This document shows positions 18,963-29,825 of a stretch of DNA of 64,000 nucleotides, piece by piece; position 1 is the stretch's first letter, and every line of letters begins with the position of its first letter. The stretch covers positions 33,233 to 97,232 of the forward strand of contig DASZVH010000008.1 of NCBI GenBank assembly GCA_035547315.1. The letters run 5' to 3'. Origin of the DNA: Minisyncoccota bacterium. GTDB lineage: Bacteria; Patescibacteriota; Minisyncoccia; Phycocordibacterales; Phycocordibacteraceae. The notes beneath the pieces were generated by a model. The model was not told the DNA's origin. It searched no databases and saw only the letters and a program-made list of their open reading frames with translations. The position numbers and the translations under genes were made by a program.

Positions 18963-19724
18963 ATGAGCTGGGCAGCAAGGCGGCGCGCGACGATACTCGG
19001 CGGGATCGGGCTGGTCGTCGTAGCCGCCCTCATTGTGATTTTCTACCCGGTCGTGCACCACGCTCCCACCTGCTCTGACCGCACGCAAGACCAAGGCGAG
19101 GCGGGCGTCGACTGCGGCGGCCCCTGCCCGTATCTCTGCCAGAGCCAGGTGGAGGCGCCGGTGGTGCGCTTCACGCAGGCTTTCTCTCCCGCGGCAGGGA
19201 AGACGGACGTCATCGCCTACGTCGACAACCCCAACCAGAGCGCCTATGCCAAGAACGTTCCCTACGCGCTCGCGCTCTACGGCGCCGACAACGTCCTGCT
19301 CGGCCGGACGACGGGCACGCTCGAGCTGCCGCCCGCCTCGACCGTTCCCGTCTTCGTCGCCAACCTGCCGACGGGCGGCCAGGAGGCCGCGCACGCGTTC
19401 CTCCAGATCGACCCGGCCTCGGTCGCCTGGCAGGCGGGCGCCGATACCCGGCTTATGCCCGCGGTAGGGAGCCCGTCGATCGGCGGCACCCCGCAGAGCG
19501 CGCGCGTGGTCGCCGAGCTCACGGACCCGTACGCGGCGCCGATCGATAACGTCACCGTCATCGCGAGCGTCTTCGACGCGGCGGGGAACGTCATCGACGC
19601 CTCCCGCACGCTCCTGCCCGAGATCCCCGCTCAGGGGAGTGCGGAAGCCACCTTCACCTGGAACGAGTCCTTCCCGAGCCCGCCGGCGCGCATCGACGTC
19701 CTCCCCATCGTCGCGCTGCCATGA
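18963..19724 (+). CDS. Membrane-anchored protein with Cys-rich motif and two Ig-like domains
   Basis: TM, then PTCSDRTQDQGEAGVDCGGPCPYLC, then two beta-sandwich repeats. ATGA-coupled to the SEDS gene. Confidence 0.8.
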   Translation: MSWAARRRATILGGIGLVVVAALIVIFYPVVHHAPTCSDRTQDQGEAGVDCGGPCPYLCQSQVEAPVVRFTQAFSPAAGKTDVIAYVDNPNQSAYAKNVPYALALYGADNVLLGRTTGTLELPPASTVPVFVANLPTGGQEAAHAFLQIDPASVAWQAGADTRLMPAVGSPSIGGTPQSARVVAELTDPYAAPIDNVTVIASVFDAAGNVIDASRTLLPEIPAQGSAEATFTWNESFPSPPARIDVLPIVALP

Positions 19725-20851
19725 GCCTCGGGCGCGCGTCATTGCTCGCCCGCATCGACTGGGCGCTCCTCGCTCCCGCGCTCGTGCTCTCCTTCCTCGG
19801 GCTGTTGACCATGCACACCTTCGGCGCGGGCGCCTCGCTCGCGCCGCGGCAGCTCCTCTGGCTCGCGCTTGGCGTCCTCGTCTACTTCCTCCTTGCCTCG
19901 CTCGACCTGCGGCTCCTGCGCCGGACGCCGGTGGTGCTCGCGCTCTACGGCGTCGCCTTTCTCCTCCTCGCGCTCGTTTTGGTCGCCTCGCACGCGGTCA
20001 TGGGCGCGCATAGCTGGTTCACCTTCGGCGGGCTCTCCTTCCAGCCCGCGGACTTCGCCAAGCTCGCCTTGATCTCGCTCCTCGCCAAGTATCTCTCCCG
20101 CCGGCACGTCGCTATCGGCGATTTCCGCCATATTCTCATCTCCGGCGCCTATGCCGCCGCGCTCACGCTCCTGATCCTGGTAGAGCCGGACCTCGGCAAC
20201 GCGATCATCTTCGGCGCCCTGTGGCTCGGGCTCATGCTGCTCTCCGGCATTTCCAAGCGGCATCTCGCTATCATCGGCGCCGCCGGCCTCGCGGCCGCGC
20301 TCCTCTTGTGGTTCGGCGGCTTGCACCAATACCAGCGCGAGCGCATCCTCTCCTTCGTCAATCCGGCGAGCGATATCCAGGGCGCCGGCTACAACGCCTA
20401 CCAAGCCAAGATCGCGGTGGGCTCGGGCGAGCTCTTCGGCAAGGGCATCGGCTACGGCACGCAGAGCAAGCTGCGTTTCCTTCCCGAATATCAGACCGAC
20501 TTCATCTTTGCGGCCTTCGCCGAGGAGTGGGGCTTCGCCGGAGTCGCGCTCGCGCTCGCCCTCTACGGGCTCCTCTTCGCGCGCCTGCTCGCGATCGCGC
20601 GCGGGAGCGCGACCAATTTCGACGCTTTTTTCACTCTGGGCGCGCTCGTGCTCTTAGCCGCCCACGTGGTGATCCACGCGGGCATCTCGCTGGGGCTCTT
20701 GCCGGTGACCGGCACGACGATCCCCTTCATGAGCTATGGCGGCTCGCACCTCCTCTTGGAGTTCACCCTGCTCGGCATCGTGACCTCGCTCGCGCGCTAC
20801 GGCCAGGCCGCCCCGCGCGAGGCGCTCGCCAACGAATACCTGGGCGGCTAG
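19721..20851 (+). CDS. rodA: SEDS family peptidoglycan polymerase (RodA/FtsW)
   Basis: FQPADFAK, EPDLG, GSGELFGKG, LPEYQTDFIFA, LLPVTG and PFMSYGGS. The GTQSKLRFLPE segment favours RodA. Confidence 0.85.
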   Translation: MSLGRASLLARIDWALLAPALVLSFLGLLTMHTFGAGASLAPRQLLWLALGVLVYFLLASLDLRLLRRTPVVLALYGVAFLLLALVLVASHAVMGAHSWFTFGGLSFQPADFAKLALISLLAKYLSRRHVAIGDFRHILISGAYAAALTLLILVEPDLGNAIIFGALWLGLMLLSGISKRHLAIIGAAGLAAALLLWFGGLHQYQRERILSFVNPASDIQGAGYNAYQAKIAVGSGELFGKGIGYGTQSKLRFLPEYQTDFIFAAFAEEWGFAGVALALALYGLLFARLLAIARGSATNFDAFFTLGALVLLAAHVVIHAGISLGLLPVTGTTIPFMSYGGSHLLLEFTLLGIVTSLARYGQAAPREALANEYLGG

Positions 20852-21822
20852 CGGTAGAGGGCGAAAGTCGCCGCGAGCATCTTTTCTTTTGAAAAAACGG
20901 CGAGATCCGGCGCCTCGAGGATCTCGCCGACGCCCCCGACGCGACGAGCGGAGATCGGCAGCCCCGCCGCGCGCGCCTCGATCACGACATACGGGAGCCC
21001 TTCCTTCAAGGAGGGGAGCGCGAACTCGTCAAAGCCGCGCAGAGCCTCCGCCGCCGGGATGAAGCCGAAGAGCTTCACCCGCGCGCCAAGGCCATAGGCG
21101 GCGATCGCGCGCTCGAGCGCGGGGCGCTCCTCGCCCTCGCCGACGATGGCGACGAAGCGCTGCGGGTCGTGCCGCGCTTCCTCGACGAGCGCGATCTGAT
21201 TCTTGTTCCGGTTCAGCTCGCCGATGGTGCCGGTGATGCGCGCCCCGCGGGGAAAGGCGCTGCGGATCACCTCGCCGCTCCCGAGCGGGGCGTCGAGATC
21301 GATGCCGTTGTAGATGAGATGCATCTTGCGCGCGGCGAACGGCATCCGCCGGCCGAGCGCGAGATCTTCGCGGGAGACCACGATAACCGCGTGCGCGAAA
21401 AGCGTGGTCGCGTATGAGCCCAGGAGCGCGAGGAGCCGCCACGCCGGATTGCGCCGCTCCTTGAAGGGCCAGCCGTGGGCGGTGAAGACGATACGCGGCA
21501 CGCCCGCGCGGCGCGCGGCGAGGGCGCCGAGCCCTCCGGCCTTGGAGCTGTTGAGGTGGACGACCGCGGGGCGATACTCGCGCAAGAGACGCGCGAGTTC
21601 GGCGTAGCCGCCGAGGTCGCGTCCGGGCGAGAGGTCGCGCTCGAGGGCCCCGAGCGGGAAGAGCGGTATGCCGCGCGCCGCAAGGCGCGCGGCAAGCTCG
21701 CCTCCGCCGCCCAAGGCGACGGCGACCTCGTGCCCGGCGGCTTGCGCGGCCGTCGCGAGGTCGTAGACGTACCGCTGCGCGCCGCCCCAGTTGCCCTTGG
21801 TGATAACGTAGAGGATCTTCAT
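20848..21822 (-). CDS. Glycosyltransferase family 4
   Basis: KILYVIT...GGAQRYV, HLNSSKAG, FTAHGW and PSLKEGLPYVVIEA. Confidence 0.9.
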   Translation of the reverse strand: MKILYVITKGNWGGAQRYVYDLATAAQAAGHEVAVALGGGGELAARLAARGIPLFPLGALERDLSPGRDLGGYAELARLLREYRPAVVHLNSSKAGGLGALAARRAGVPRIVFTAHGWPFKERRNPAWRLLALLGSYATTLFAHAVIVVSREDLALGRRMPFAARKMHLIYNGIDLDAPLGSGEVIRSAFPRGARITGTIGELNRNKNQIALVEEARHDPQRFVAIVGEGEERPALERAIAAYGLGARVKLFGFIPAAEALRGFDEFALPSLKEGLPYVVIEARAAGLPISARRVGGVGEILEAPDLAVFSKEKMLAATFALYR

Positions 21823-21878
21823 GGGGCGCGTGCGGTAACTGTACAACGCCGCGGGAAGTTATACTATGGCGAGCGTCT

Positions 21879-23216
21879 ATGGCTTTTACCCGCCGCGAGA
21901 CGGCGATTTTGATTATCGGGGATTTCATCCTGCTAATCGCCTCCCTCTGGGCGGCGCTCCTTATCCGCAACCTGGCGCTCCCCGCGGCGAGTTACTTCCT
22001 CGCCAACCTGCTGCCGTTCCTGCCGGTCTTCCTGCTCTCGCTCGCCGTCTTCTATATCGCCGGCCTCTATGAGAAACAGACCGCGCCCGTACGCCGGGTG
22101 ATGAGCGAACGCATCGCGGGCGCGCAGCTCGCCAACGCGATCATCGCCGCGCTTCTCTTCTTCGTCTTGCCGTTCGCGATCGCGCCCAAGACCATCCTCG
22201 CGATCTACCTGGTCGTCTCGATCGCCGCCGTCTCGCTCTGGCGCTCCTATCGCCTCGGGCGCGAGATCAAGCGCGAGGGGCGGGTGAGCGCGGCGCTCGT
22301 CGGCCGCGGCGCGGCGGCGCGCGAGCTCTTCGAAGAGGTCAACGGAGGCGGCCGCTACCTGATCCGCTTCAACGAGTGGATCGACACCGAGCGCCTCGCG
22401 GCGCCCGGTGCGCTTTCGGCGGCGGTGGCGCGCGCGCTCTTGGGCGGTGCGCGCATCCTCGTCCTCGATACCCGCGACCCCGTCATCGCGGACGACCTCC
22501 CGATGCTCTACGACGCGATGACCAAGGGCGCCTCCTTCGTCGAGTTCGCCCAGTTCTACGAGGAGCTCTTCGACCGCGTGCCGCTCGCGCATATCGACTA
22601 CGCTTGGCTCTTCGCGGTCGTGCCGGCGCGTCCGCTGCTCTATGACATCGCCAAGCGCGCCTTCGATCTCTTCTTCGCCGCGGCGGGGAGCGTCGTCGCG
22701 CTGCCATTCATCCTCCTGGCCGCGCTCCTGCTCGCGCCCTCGGGCCCGCCTTTCATCTTCAACGAGCGGGTGGGCAAGGGCGGCCGCGTCTTTACCATGA
22801 TCAAGCTGCGGACGATGCTCTTCAACGACCAGGGCGACCCTATGCTCCGCGCCAAGAACCGCGTCACCGCGCTCGGCCGCTTCCTCCGGCAGTCGCGCAT
22901 CGACGAGCTGCCGCAGCTCTGGAACGTGCTGCTCGGCGACGTCTCGTTCATCGGCCCGCGGCCGGAGCTGCCCGCGATCGCGGCCGTCTACGAGCGGGAG
23001 ATCCCCTTCTACCAGATCCGGCACCTGATCCCGCCGGGGCTCTCGGGCTGGGCGCAGATCCGCGACTACGACGCGCCCAGGGGCGGCCCGGACGTGGAGA
23101 AGACGCGCACCAAGCTTTCCTACGACCTCTACTATCTCAAGCATCGCTCCTTCGGCCTTGATCTCTCGATCGCGGCGAAAACGTTGCGCGCCCTGGCGAG
23201 CTTTTCTGGCAAGTAG
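21879..23216 (+). CDS. Polyprenyl-phosphate hexose-1-phosphate transferase (WcaJ/WbaP-like)
   Basis: TM N-terminus plus KRAFD, KLRTM, RIDELPQLWNVL.GD.S.IGPRPE, PGLSGWAQ and YDLYY. Confidence 0.93.
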   Translation: MAFTRRETAILIIGDFILLIASLWAALLIRNLALPAASYFLANLLPFLPVFLLSLAVFYIAGLYEKQTAPVRRVMSERIAGAQLANAIIAALLFFVLPFAIAPKTILAIYLVVSIAAVSLWRSYRLGREIKREGRVSAALVGRGAAARELFEEVNGGGRYLIRFNEWIDTERLAAPGALSAAVARALLGGARILVLDTRDPVIADDLPMLYDAMTKGASFVEFAQFYEELFDRVPLAHIDYAWLFAVVPARPLLYDIAKRAFDLFFAAAGSVVALPFILLAALLLAPSGPPFIFNERVGKGGRVFTMIKLRTMLFNDQGDPMLRAKNRVTALGRFLRQSRIDELPQLWNVLLGDVSFIGPRPELPAIAAVYEREIPFYQIRHLIPPGLSGWAQIRDYDAPRGGPDVEKTRTKLSYDLYYLKHRSFGLDLSIAAKTLRALASFSGK

Positions 23217-23225
23217 AATAGAACT

Positions 23226-24023
23226 GTGATCATCGACGGCAAAGCGATAGCGGCAGAGATCCTCGCGCGCGCCAAGGTGCGCGCGCGCGAGCTCCCGCGG
23301 GCGCCCTTGGTCGTGGCGCTCGCCGCCGGCGAGCCCGGCCCCGCGACGCGCTCCTATCTCAAGATAAAAGAGCGCACCGCGCTTGAGGCGGGCTGCCGCC
23401 TCGAAGTGCGGCCCTTCTCCACCGACTATGCCGATGCCGACAGCGTCATCGTGCAGCTCCCGCTCCCTGCCGGGCTCGATGAGCGCGCGGCGCTCGATGC
23501 CATCCCGCTCGATAAAGACGCGGACGTCCTCTCGCGCGGGGCGCGAGAACAATTCGCGAAGGGAGAGGATGGAGCGCTCCTGCCGCCGGTGGTCGGCGCT
23601 ATCGCGGAGATTTTTACTAAGTACGGCGTCGAGTCGAGAGGGAAGAGGGCGGCCGTCATCGGCCGCGGCTGGCTGGTGGGCGAGCCCGCTGCCGCCTGGC
23701 TCATGCAGCGGGAAGCGAAAGTCACGACTCTCGACAAAGGGGCGAAGCTCGGGCAGGAGCTTCAAGACGCCGACATCATCGTCTGCGGGGCGGGCGCGCC
23801 GCATCTCGTGAAGCCCTACATGCTCAAAGAAGGCGCCGTGCTCATAGACGCCGGCACCTCGGAGCAGGGCGGCGCGCTCGTCGGCGACGCCGACCCGGCC
23901 TGCGCCACCAAGTGCAGCGTCTTCACCCCTGTCCCCGGAGGCGTCGGCCCCATCGCGGTCGCCAAGCTCTTCGAGAACGCACTAATTCTCGCAGAACGCA
24001 AGGTTCCTTTTTCCGCAAGCTGA
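23226..24023 (+). CDS. folD: Methylenetetrahydrofolate dehydrogenase/cyclohydrolase
   Basis: IIDGKAIA, SYLKIK, IVQLPLP, IDAG and TPVPGGVGP. GTG start. Confidence 0.9.
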   Translation: MIIDGKAIAAEILARAKVRARELPRAPLVVALAAGEPGPATRSYLKIKERTALEAGCRLEVRPFSTDYADADSVIVQLPLPAGLDERAALDAIPLDKDADVLSRGAREQFAKGEDGALLPPVVGAIAEIFTKYGVESRGKRAAVIGRGWLVGEPAAAWLMQREAKVTTLDKGAKLGQELQDADIIVCGAGAPHLVKPYMLKEGAVLIDAGTSEQGGALVGDADPACATKCSVFTPVPGGVGPIAVAKLFENALILAERKVPFSAS

Positions 24024-24040
24024 GCTATACTCCCCGCATC

Positions 24041-25387
24041 ATGACTCGCTATAGAGTTTGGGCCATCCTTGCCCTCCTTGCGGGGCTTTTGCTTGCCTAT
24101 TTCGTCTGGGCGACCCAAGCTAACCCGGAGAGCGCGTATCGCTTCAAGCTCGGGCTCGATCTTGCCGGCGGCACCGAGCTGGTCTATACGGCCGATATGA
24201 GCAAGGTTGCTCCCGCCAACCGCGCGGGCGCGCTCTCCGCGCTCCAGGAGGTTATCGAGCGGCGGGTCAACCTCTTCGGCGTGGCAGAGCCGGTCGTGGA
24301 GACGGAAGAGGCCAACGCCGCCTTGGGCACCACCGAGGACCGTCTTATCGTCGATCTCCCCGGCGTCACCGATATCAACGCCGCGGTCGCCGCGCTCGGC
24401 CAGACGCCCACGCTCGACTTCGAGCTCGCGACCACGAGCACGGTGGGCACCACGACCGCGATTATCTACGAGCCGACCGGCCTCACGGGGGAATATTTGA
24501 AGAGCGCCTCCGTGCAATTCGCCTCCGGCGTCTCGGCCGCGCTCGCCTCGCCGGAGGTTGAGCTCACCTTCAACGACGCGGGCGCCAAGCTCTTCCAGGA
24601 GATCACGGCCGACAACGTCGGCCGCACGCTCGCGATCTTCCTCGACGGGCAGCCAATCTCGACGCCCACGATCCAGGAGGCGATCCCGGGCGGCACCGCA
24701 GTCATCACCGGCAGCTTCAGCGCCACCGAGGCGCGCGACCTCGCGCGCAACTTGAACTTCGGCGCGCTCCCCGTGCCTATCGCGCTCGAGGGCTCGAGCT
24801 CGGTGGGGCCGACGCTCGGCGCTGCAGCCATCGCCGCCGGCGTCGCGGCGGGCATCGTCGCGCTCGCCATCGTCGCGCTCTTCATGGTCCTCTGGTACCG
24901 CCTGCCGGGGCTTATCGCCGCGGTCGCGCTCGCGGAATATCTCGCCTTCATGCTCGCGGCGGTCAAGTTCATCCCCGTCACGCTGACCGCCTCCGGCATC
25001 GCGGGCCTCATCATCACGCTCGGCATGGCCGTGGACGCGAATGTGCTCATATTCGAGCGCACCAAGGAAGAGCTGCGCAAGGGAGAGAGCCCGCGGCAGG
25101 CGGTGCATATCGGCTTCTCCCGCGCGTGGACTGCGATCCGCGACGGCCACCTCACCATGCTCATCTCGGGCGTGATCCTCTTCTGGCTCGGGACCTCTAT
25201 CGTGCAGGGCTTCGCGCTCGTCTTCGTGCTCGGCGTCCTCGCCTCGCTCATCTCGGCGGTCTCGCTCTCGCGCGTATACCTCTTGGCGCTCGTGCCCGAC
25301 CTGCCTGCCGGCAGGCAGGGAAGCGGCGGCTTCTGGCACTTCATGTTGCGCTCCGGATTTTCCAAGAATCTAACGCCTAAAGCCTAG
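24041..25387 (+). CDS. secD: Protein translocase subunit SecD
   Basis: KLGLDLAGG, IERRVNLFGVAEP, GMAVDANVLIFER and VQGFA. Confidence 0.95.
   Translation: MTRYRVWAILALLAGLLLAYFVWATQANPESAYRFKLGLDLAGGTELVYTADMSKVAPANRAGALSALQEVIERRVNLFGVAEPVVETEEANAALGTTEDRLIVDLPGVTDINAAVAALGQTPTLDFELATTSTVGTTTAIIYEPTGLTGEYLKSASVQFASGVSAALASPEVELTFNDAGAKLFQEITADNVGRTLAIFLDGQPISTPTIQEAIPGGTAVITGSFSATEARDLARNLNFGALPVPIALEGSSSVGPTLGAAAIAAGVAAGIVALAIVALFMVLWYRLPGLIAAVALAEYLAFMLAAVKFIPVTLTASGIAGLIITLGMAVDANVLIFERTKEELRKGESPRQAVHIGFSRAWTAIRDGHLTMLISGVILFWLGTSIVQGFALVFVLGVLASLISAVSLSRVYLLALVPDLPAGRQGSGGFWHFMLRSGFSKNLTPKA
25300..25319. repeat. 20-bp perfect palindrome inside the secD 3' region, copy 2
   Basis: CCTGCCTGCCGGCAGGCAGG, translated as LPAGRQ. 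Confidence 0.75.
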
Positions 25388-25397
25388 CGCCTAGCTT

Positions 25398-26297
25398 ATG
25401 TATATCGTCAATCATCGCGGGCTCTTCTTCTCCCTCACCGGCGCGATCGTCGTCATCGCGATCGCCGCGATCGCTTTCTTTCATCTCCCCCTGGGGATCG
25501 ACTTCACCGGCGGCTCGCTGGTGCAGCTCGAGTACGCGGGCGCCCGGCCGCCGCTCGCCACGCTCCAGGAGGAGGCCGCCAACGCCGCCATCGGCCCGGC
25601 CTCGATCATCCCCTCCGGCGCGGACGCGATCAACGTCCGGGCCAAGACCCTCACTCCCGCCGAGCACGCCGCGCTGCTCAACGCCCTTTCTCTCAATGCT
25701 TCGACCACGGAGCTCTCCTTCACCTCGGTCGGCCCGGCGCTCGGCAGCCAATTCGCCCACAAGGCGCTCTGGGCTATCCTCGCGGTGCTGCTGGTCATCG
25801 TGCTCTATATCGCGTTCGCCTTCCGCAAGGTCTCGCGGCCGGTGCCGAGCTGGGGCTACGGGCTCACCGTGGTCGCAATCCTGGTGCATGACCTCCTTAT
25901 CCCCGCCGGCTTCTACGCAGTTCTCGCGCATTACACGGGCGCGCAGGTGGATTCGCTCTTCATCACCGCTCTCCTCGCGCTCATGGGCTACTCGATCAAC
26001 GACACGATCGTCATCTTCGACCGCGTGCGCGAGCACCTGCGCAACAACGAGAAGGAGAACAACAAAGAGCCCTTCGAGCTGACGGTCGGCAAGTCCATCC
26101 GCGAGACCATGACCCGCTCGATCAACACCTCGCTCACGGTCGTACTCGCGCTCCTCGCGCTCATCCTGCTCGGCGCTCCGGCGACGCGCGACTTCGCGCT
26201 CGTGATGCTCGTCGGCGTCGTCGCCGGCACCTACTCCTCGATCCTCCTGGCCGCGCCGCTCTTGGTGCCCATGGCGCGCTGGTTCGCGAAGAAGTGA
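25398..26297 (+). CDS. secF: Protein translocase subunit SecF
   Basis: LGIDFTGG, GYSINDTIVIFDRVRE, TRSINTS and GTYSS. Confidence 0.95.
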   Translation: MYIVNHRGLFFSLTGAIVVIAIAAIAFFHLPLGIDFTGGSLVQLEYAGARPPLATLQEEAANAAIGPASIIPSGADAINVRAKTLTPAEHAALLNALSLNASTTELSFTSVGPALGSQFAHKALWAILAVLLVIVLYIAFAFRKVSRPVPSWGYGLTVVAILVHDLLIPAGFYAVLAHYTGAQVDSLFITALLALMGYSINDTIVIFDRVREHLRNNEKENNKEPFELTVGKSIRETMTRSINTSLTVVLALLALILLGAPATRDFALVMLVGVVAGTYSSILLAAPLLVPMARWFAKK

Positions 26298-26304
26298 TCG
26301 CCGC

Positions 26305-26856
26305 ATGATTCTCGGCGTCACTGGCACGAATGGCGCGGGGAAGGGGGCGGTCGTCGACGCGCTCAAAGAGGAGGGGTTCATGCACTACTCGGTGCGGGAA
26401 GAGATCACACGCGAACTTGCGCGCCGCGGGCTTCCGGCAGATCGTCCGCACATGGGCGCGCTCGGGAACGAACTGCGGGAGAAGAACGGACCAGCCTATT
26501 TCGTCACGCTTTTCAAAACGCGCGCGCAAGCGGAAGGCGTCGCCGATCTCGTCATCGACTCCCTGCGCAGCGTAGGAGAAGCGCGGGCGCTCAAGGAGGC
26601 AGGAGGCGTCTTGCTCGCGGTCGATGCAGATCGGAAGCTGCGCTATGAACGCGCCGTGTTGCGAGGCAGCTCTACCGACAAGGTCGACTTTGATACCTGG
26701 GTCGCGCAAGAGGAGAAGGAGTGGGGGAACGCCGCGGCCAGCCAGATGAATATCCCGGCCGTGATGCAGATGGCCGATTACACCGTCCATAATGACGGCA
26801 CGCTCGAAGAGCTCCACCGCCGGATTGATCAGGTGCTAGAGAAGATCAAGAAATGA
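26305..26856 (+). CDS. P-loop nucleotide kinase (dephospho-CoA/NMP-kinase-like)
   Basis: GVTGTNGAGKG P-loop, IDSLR and ADYTVHNDGTLEEL. Confidence 0.75.
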   Translation: MILGVTGTNGAGKGAVVDALKEEGFMHYSVREEITRELARRGLPADRPHMGALGNELREKNGPAYFVTLFKTRAQAEGVADLVIDSLRSVGEARALKEAGGVLLAVDADRKLRYERAVLRGSSTDKVDFDTWVAQEEKEWGNAAASQMNIPAVMQMADYTVHNDGTLEELHRRIDQVLEKIKK

Positions 26857-27529
26857 CCGTGCCGGTGAAGGGAGAGCCCGCGAGGTAGTCGGAGAGGCGC
26901 TCGAGGTGCTTGCCGTTTATGATGGCGACCTCGAGATTCAATTGCTCGGCCTCCTTGGCCGCGACGGGGTCGAAGGGGGAGTGGATGCCCGGGTCCCACT
27001 CGCTCGGGATGATAGTGCGGAACTCGCCCCACGATACCTTCTCCAGAGGCTTCGCGTTTTTATTCTGCTTCGGGTCCGCGTCGTAGACATAGTCGATGTC
27101 GGAGAGATTGACGAGCTTGGTCGCGCCCAGATTCTTTGCCATCAGGACCGCGCAGTAGTCGGTCGACCATCCGGGCTTCCAGCCGCCCGCGATCAAAATG
27201 GGTTCTTGCGCGGAGATGTCTGCGGTCGGGTTCTTGAGGATGTGCGGATACGCCTCTTCGGCGAAGATGTTGCGCAGGAGCTGCGCGTTGAGGCGGGTCG
27301 AGTGGATGCCGACCCAGTCCACATCCTCGCGCGGCAGATCGCCGCGCACGGCCTCGCTCGCTTTTTGATATGCCCGCGCGGTCGCGCCGCCGCCCGAGAT
27401 GATGACGAAGGAGAAGCCGCGCTTGATCTCCTCGAGGACGAGCGCGCGGAAATTCCGGAGAAAACCGGTATCGATCCCCGCAGGGACGATAAGAGACCCG
27501 CCGACAGAGACAACTACACGCTCACGCAT
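26846..27529 (-). CDS. pyrH: UMP kinase, archaeal-type
   Basis: SVGGS, SGGGATARAYQ, GIHSTRLNA, PGWSTD, YVYDADPK and PFDPVAA. Start is 27529 or 27544. Confidence 0.9.
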   Translation of the reverse strand: MRERVVVSVGGSLIVPAGIDTGFLRNFRALVLEEIKRGFSFVIISGGGATARAYQKASEAVRGDLPREDVDWVGIHSTRLNAQLLRNIFAEEAYPHILKNPTADISAQEPILIAGGWKPGWSTDYCAVLMAKNLGATKLVNLSDIDYVYDADPKQNKNAKPLEKVSWGEFRTIIPSEWDPGIHSPFDPVAAKEAEQLNLEVAIINGKHLERLSDYLAGSPFTGTVIS

Positions 27530-27670
27530 CGCGTTTGCGCTCATAGGCAAGGGTGACGGCTCTTCAAAGCATATACCCCTCCCGCCGCCGCGCAATGATG
27601 ACAATCCGGATAAGTATGCTCCTGCACGAAACAAGCGCGCCGTGAGGCGCGCCCGAGCCTTTCTGGGGGC

Positions 27671-27699
27671 TTGACTTCATTTCGGCCTTAGACTAGGAT
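27671..27699 (+). promoter_or_regulatory. Sigma-70 promoter of the stand-alone 16S gene
   Basis: TTGACT-17 nt-TAGGAT, with a boxA-like GCACGTTGAAAAC at about 27752. Confidence 0.7.
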
Positions 27700-27842
27700 T
27701 GCGGTATCACCTCGAAAGAGGTGGGATTCTTTTGACTCAAATCGGAGTCAGGCACGTTGAAAACTGAATACGAAATCCACCCCGCAGGCCGTAGGCCTGC
27801 GGGGCAGAAAAGATGTGTGAATTCTTTTGTTCCGCTTATTCT

Positions 27843-29303
<1,461 letters not shown>

Positions 29304-29490
29304 TTGGGTCGCTCTTGGCCGAAAGCCGGAGCAAGTCGAATCGCTCGCAAGAGTGATGTGGAGATAGTGGTCGTCCCTAAACGCCACTCGGACGCCGGAT
29401 AACGTATCCCGGTGCGGAGCTTGAATCGCTCAATTGACGATTCAAACCGCGAATAGGCGGAACAAAAGAGCGCAAACATCTTTTCTTGGA

Positions 29491-29682
29491 TCAAACGACA
29501 GCCGCCCCGAGAGGGGCGTCTGTTTGCGTTGATTCTATCTGGAGCTCGCGGGAGAGGCGCTTGACGGCTCGCCGCCAGATGCGCGCTTTGTTGCGGTGGC
29601 GGCGATATTTGTCCTCAAGAGTAGACACTTGGATCCCGTGGATCCGTTTGGCTTCGCGGGGCTTGGCGCCTCGGTAGACCAT
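29491..29682 (-). CDS. Small basic hypothetical protein (63 aa)
   Basis: ATG preceded by TGcTATACT on the minus strand. Reads MVYRGAKPREAKRIHG...KYRRHRNKARIWRRAVKRL. Confidence 0.55.
   Translation of the reverse strand: MVYRGAKPREAKRIHGIQVSTLEDKYRRHRNKARIWRRAVKRLSRELQIESTQTDAPLGAAVV
29492..29526. terminator. Hairpin ending the 16S transcript and the convergent small ORF
   Basis: CAAAC...CGCCCC-gaga-GGGGCG...GTTTG. Confidence 0.55.
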
Positions 29683-29747
29683 TTTCTTGCCCCTAGTATA
29701 GCAAATGGGGTGGTCGGGCAAGGAGAAATCTGGTACTATCCCCGCAC

Positions 29748-29823
29748 GCATGCGTAGCTCAGTTGGTAGAGCATCCGCCTGATACGCGGACGGTCCCAGG
29801 TTCGAATCCTGGCGCATGCACCA
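29748..29823 (+). tRNA. tRNA-Ile (GAU)
   Basis: 76 nt, acceptor GCATGCG/CGCATGC, D-arm AGCTCAGTTGGTAGAGC, anticodon arm TCCGC-CTGATAC-GCGGA, T-loop TTCGAAT, encoded CCA. Confidence 0.95.
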
Positions 29824-29825
29824 GT

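Noticed and set aside
29763-29825. N-terminal extension of the murD ORF
   Set aside because: It overlaps tRNA-Ile. The ATG at 29826 fits MurD.
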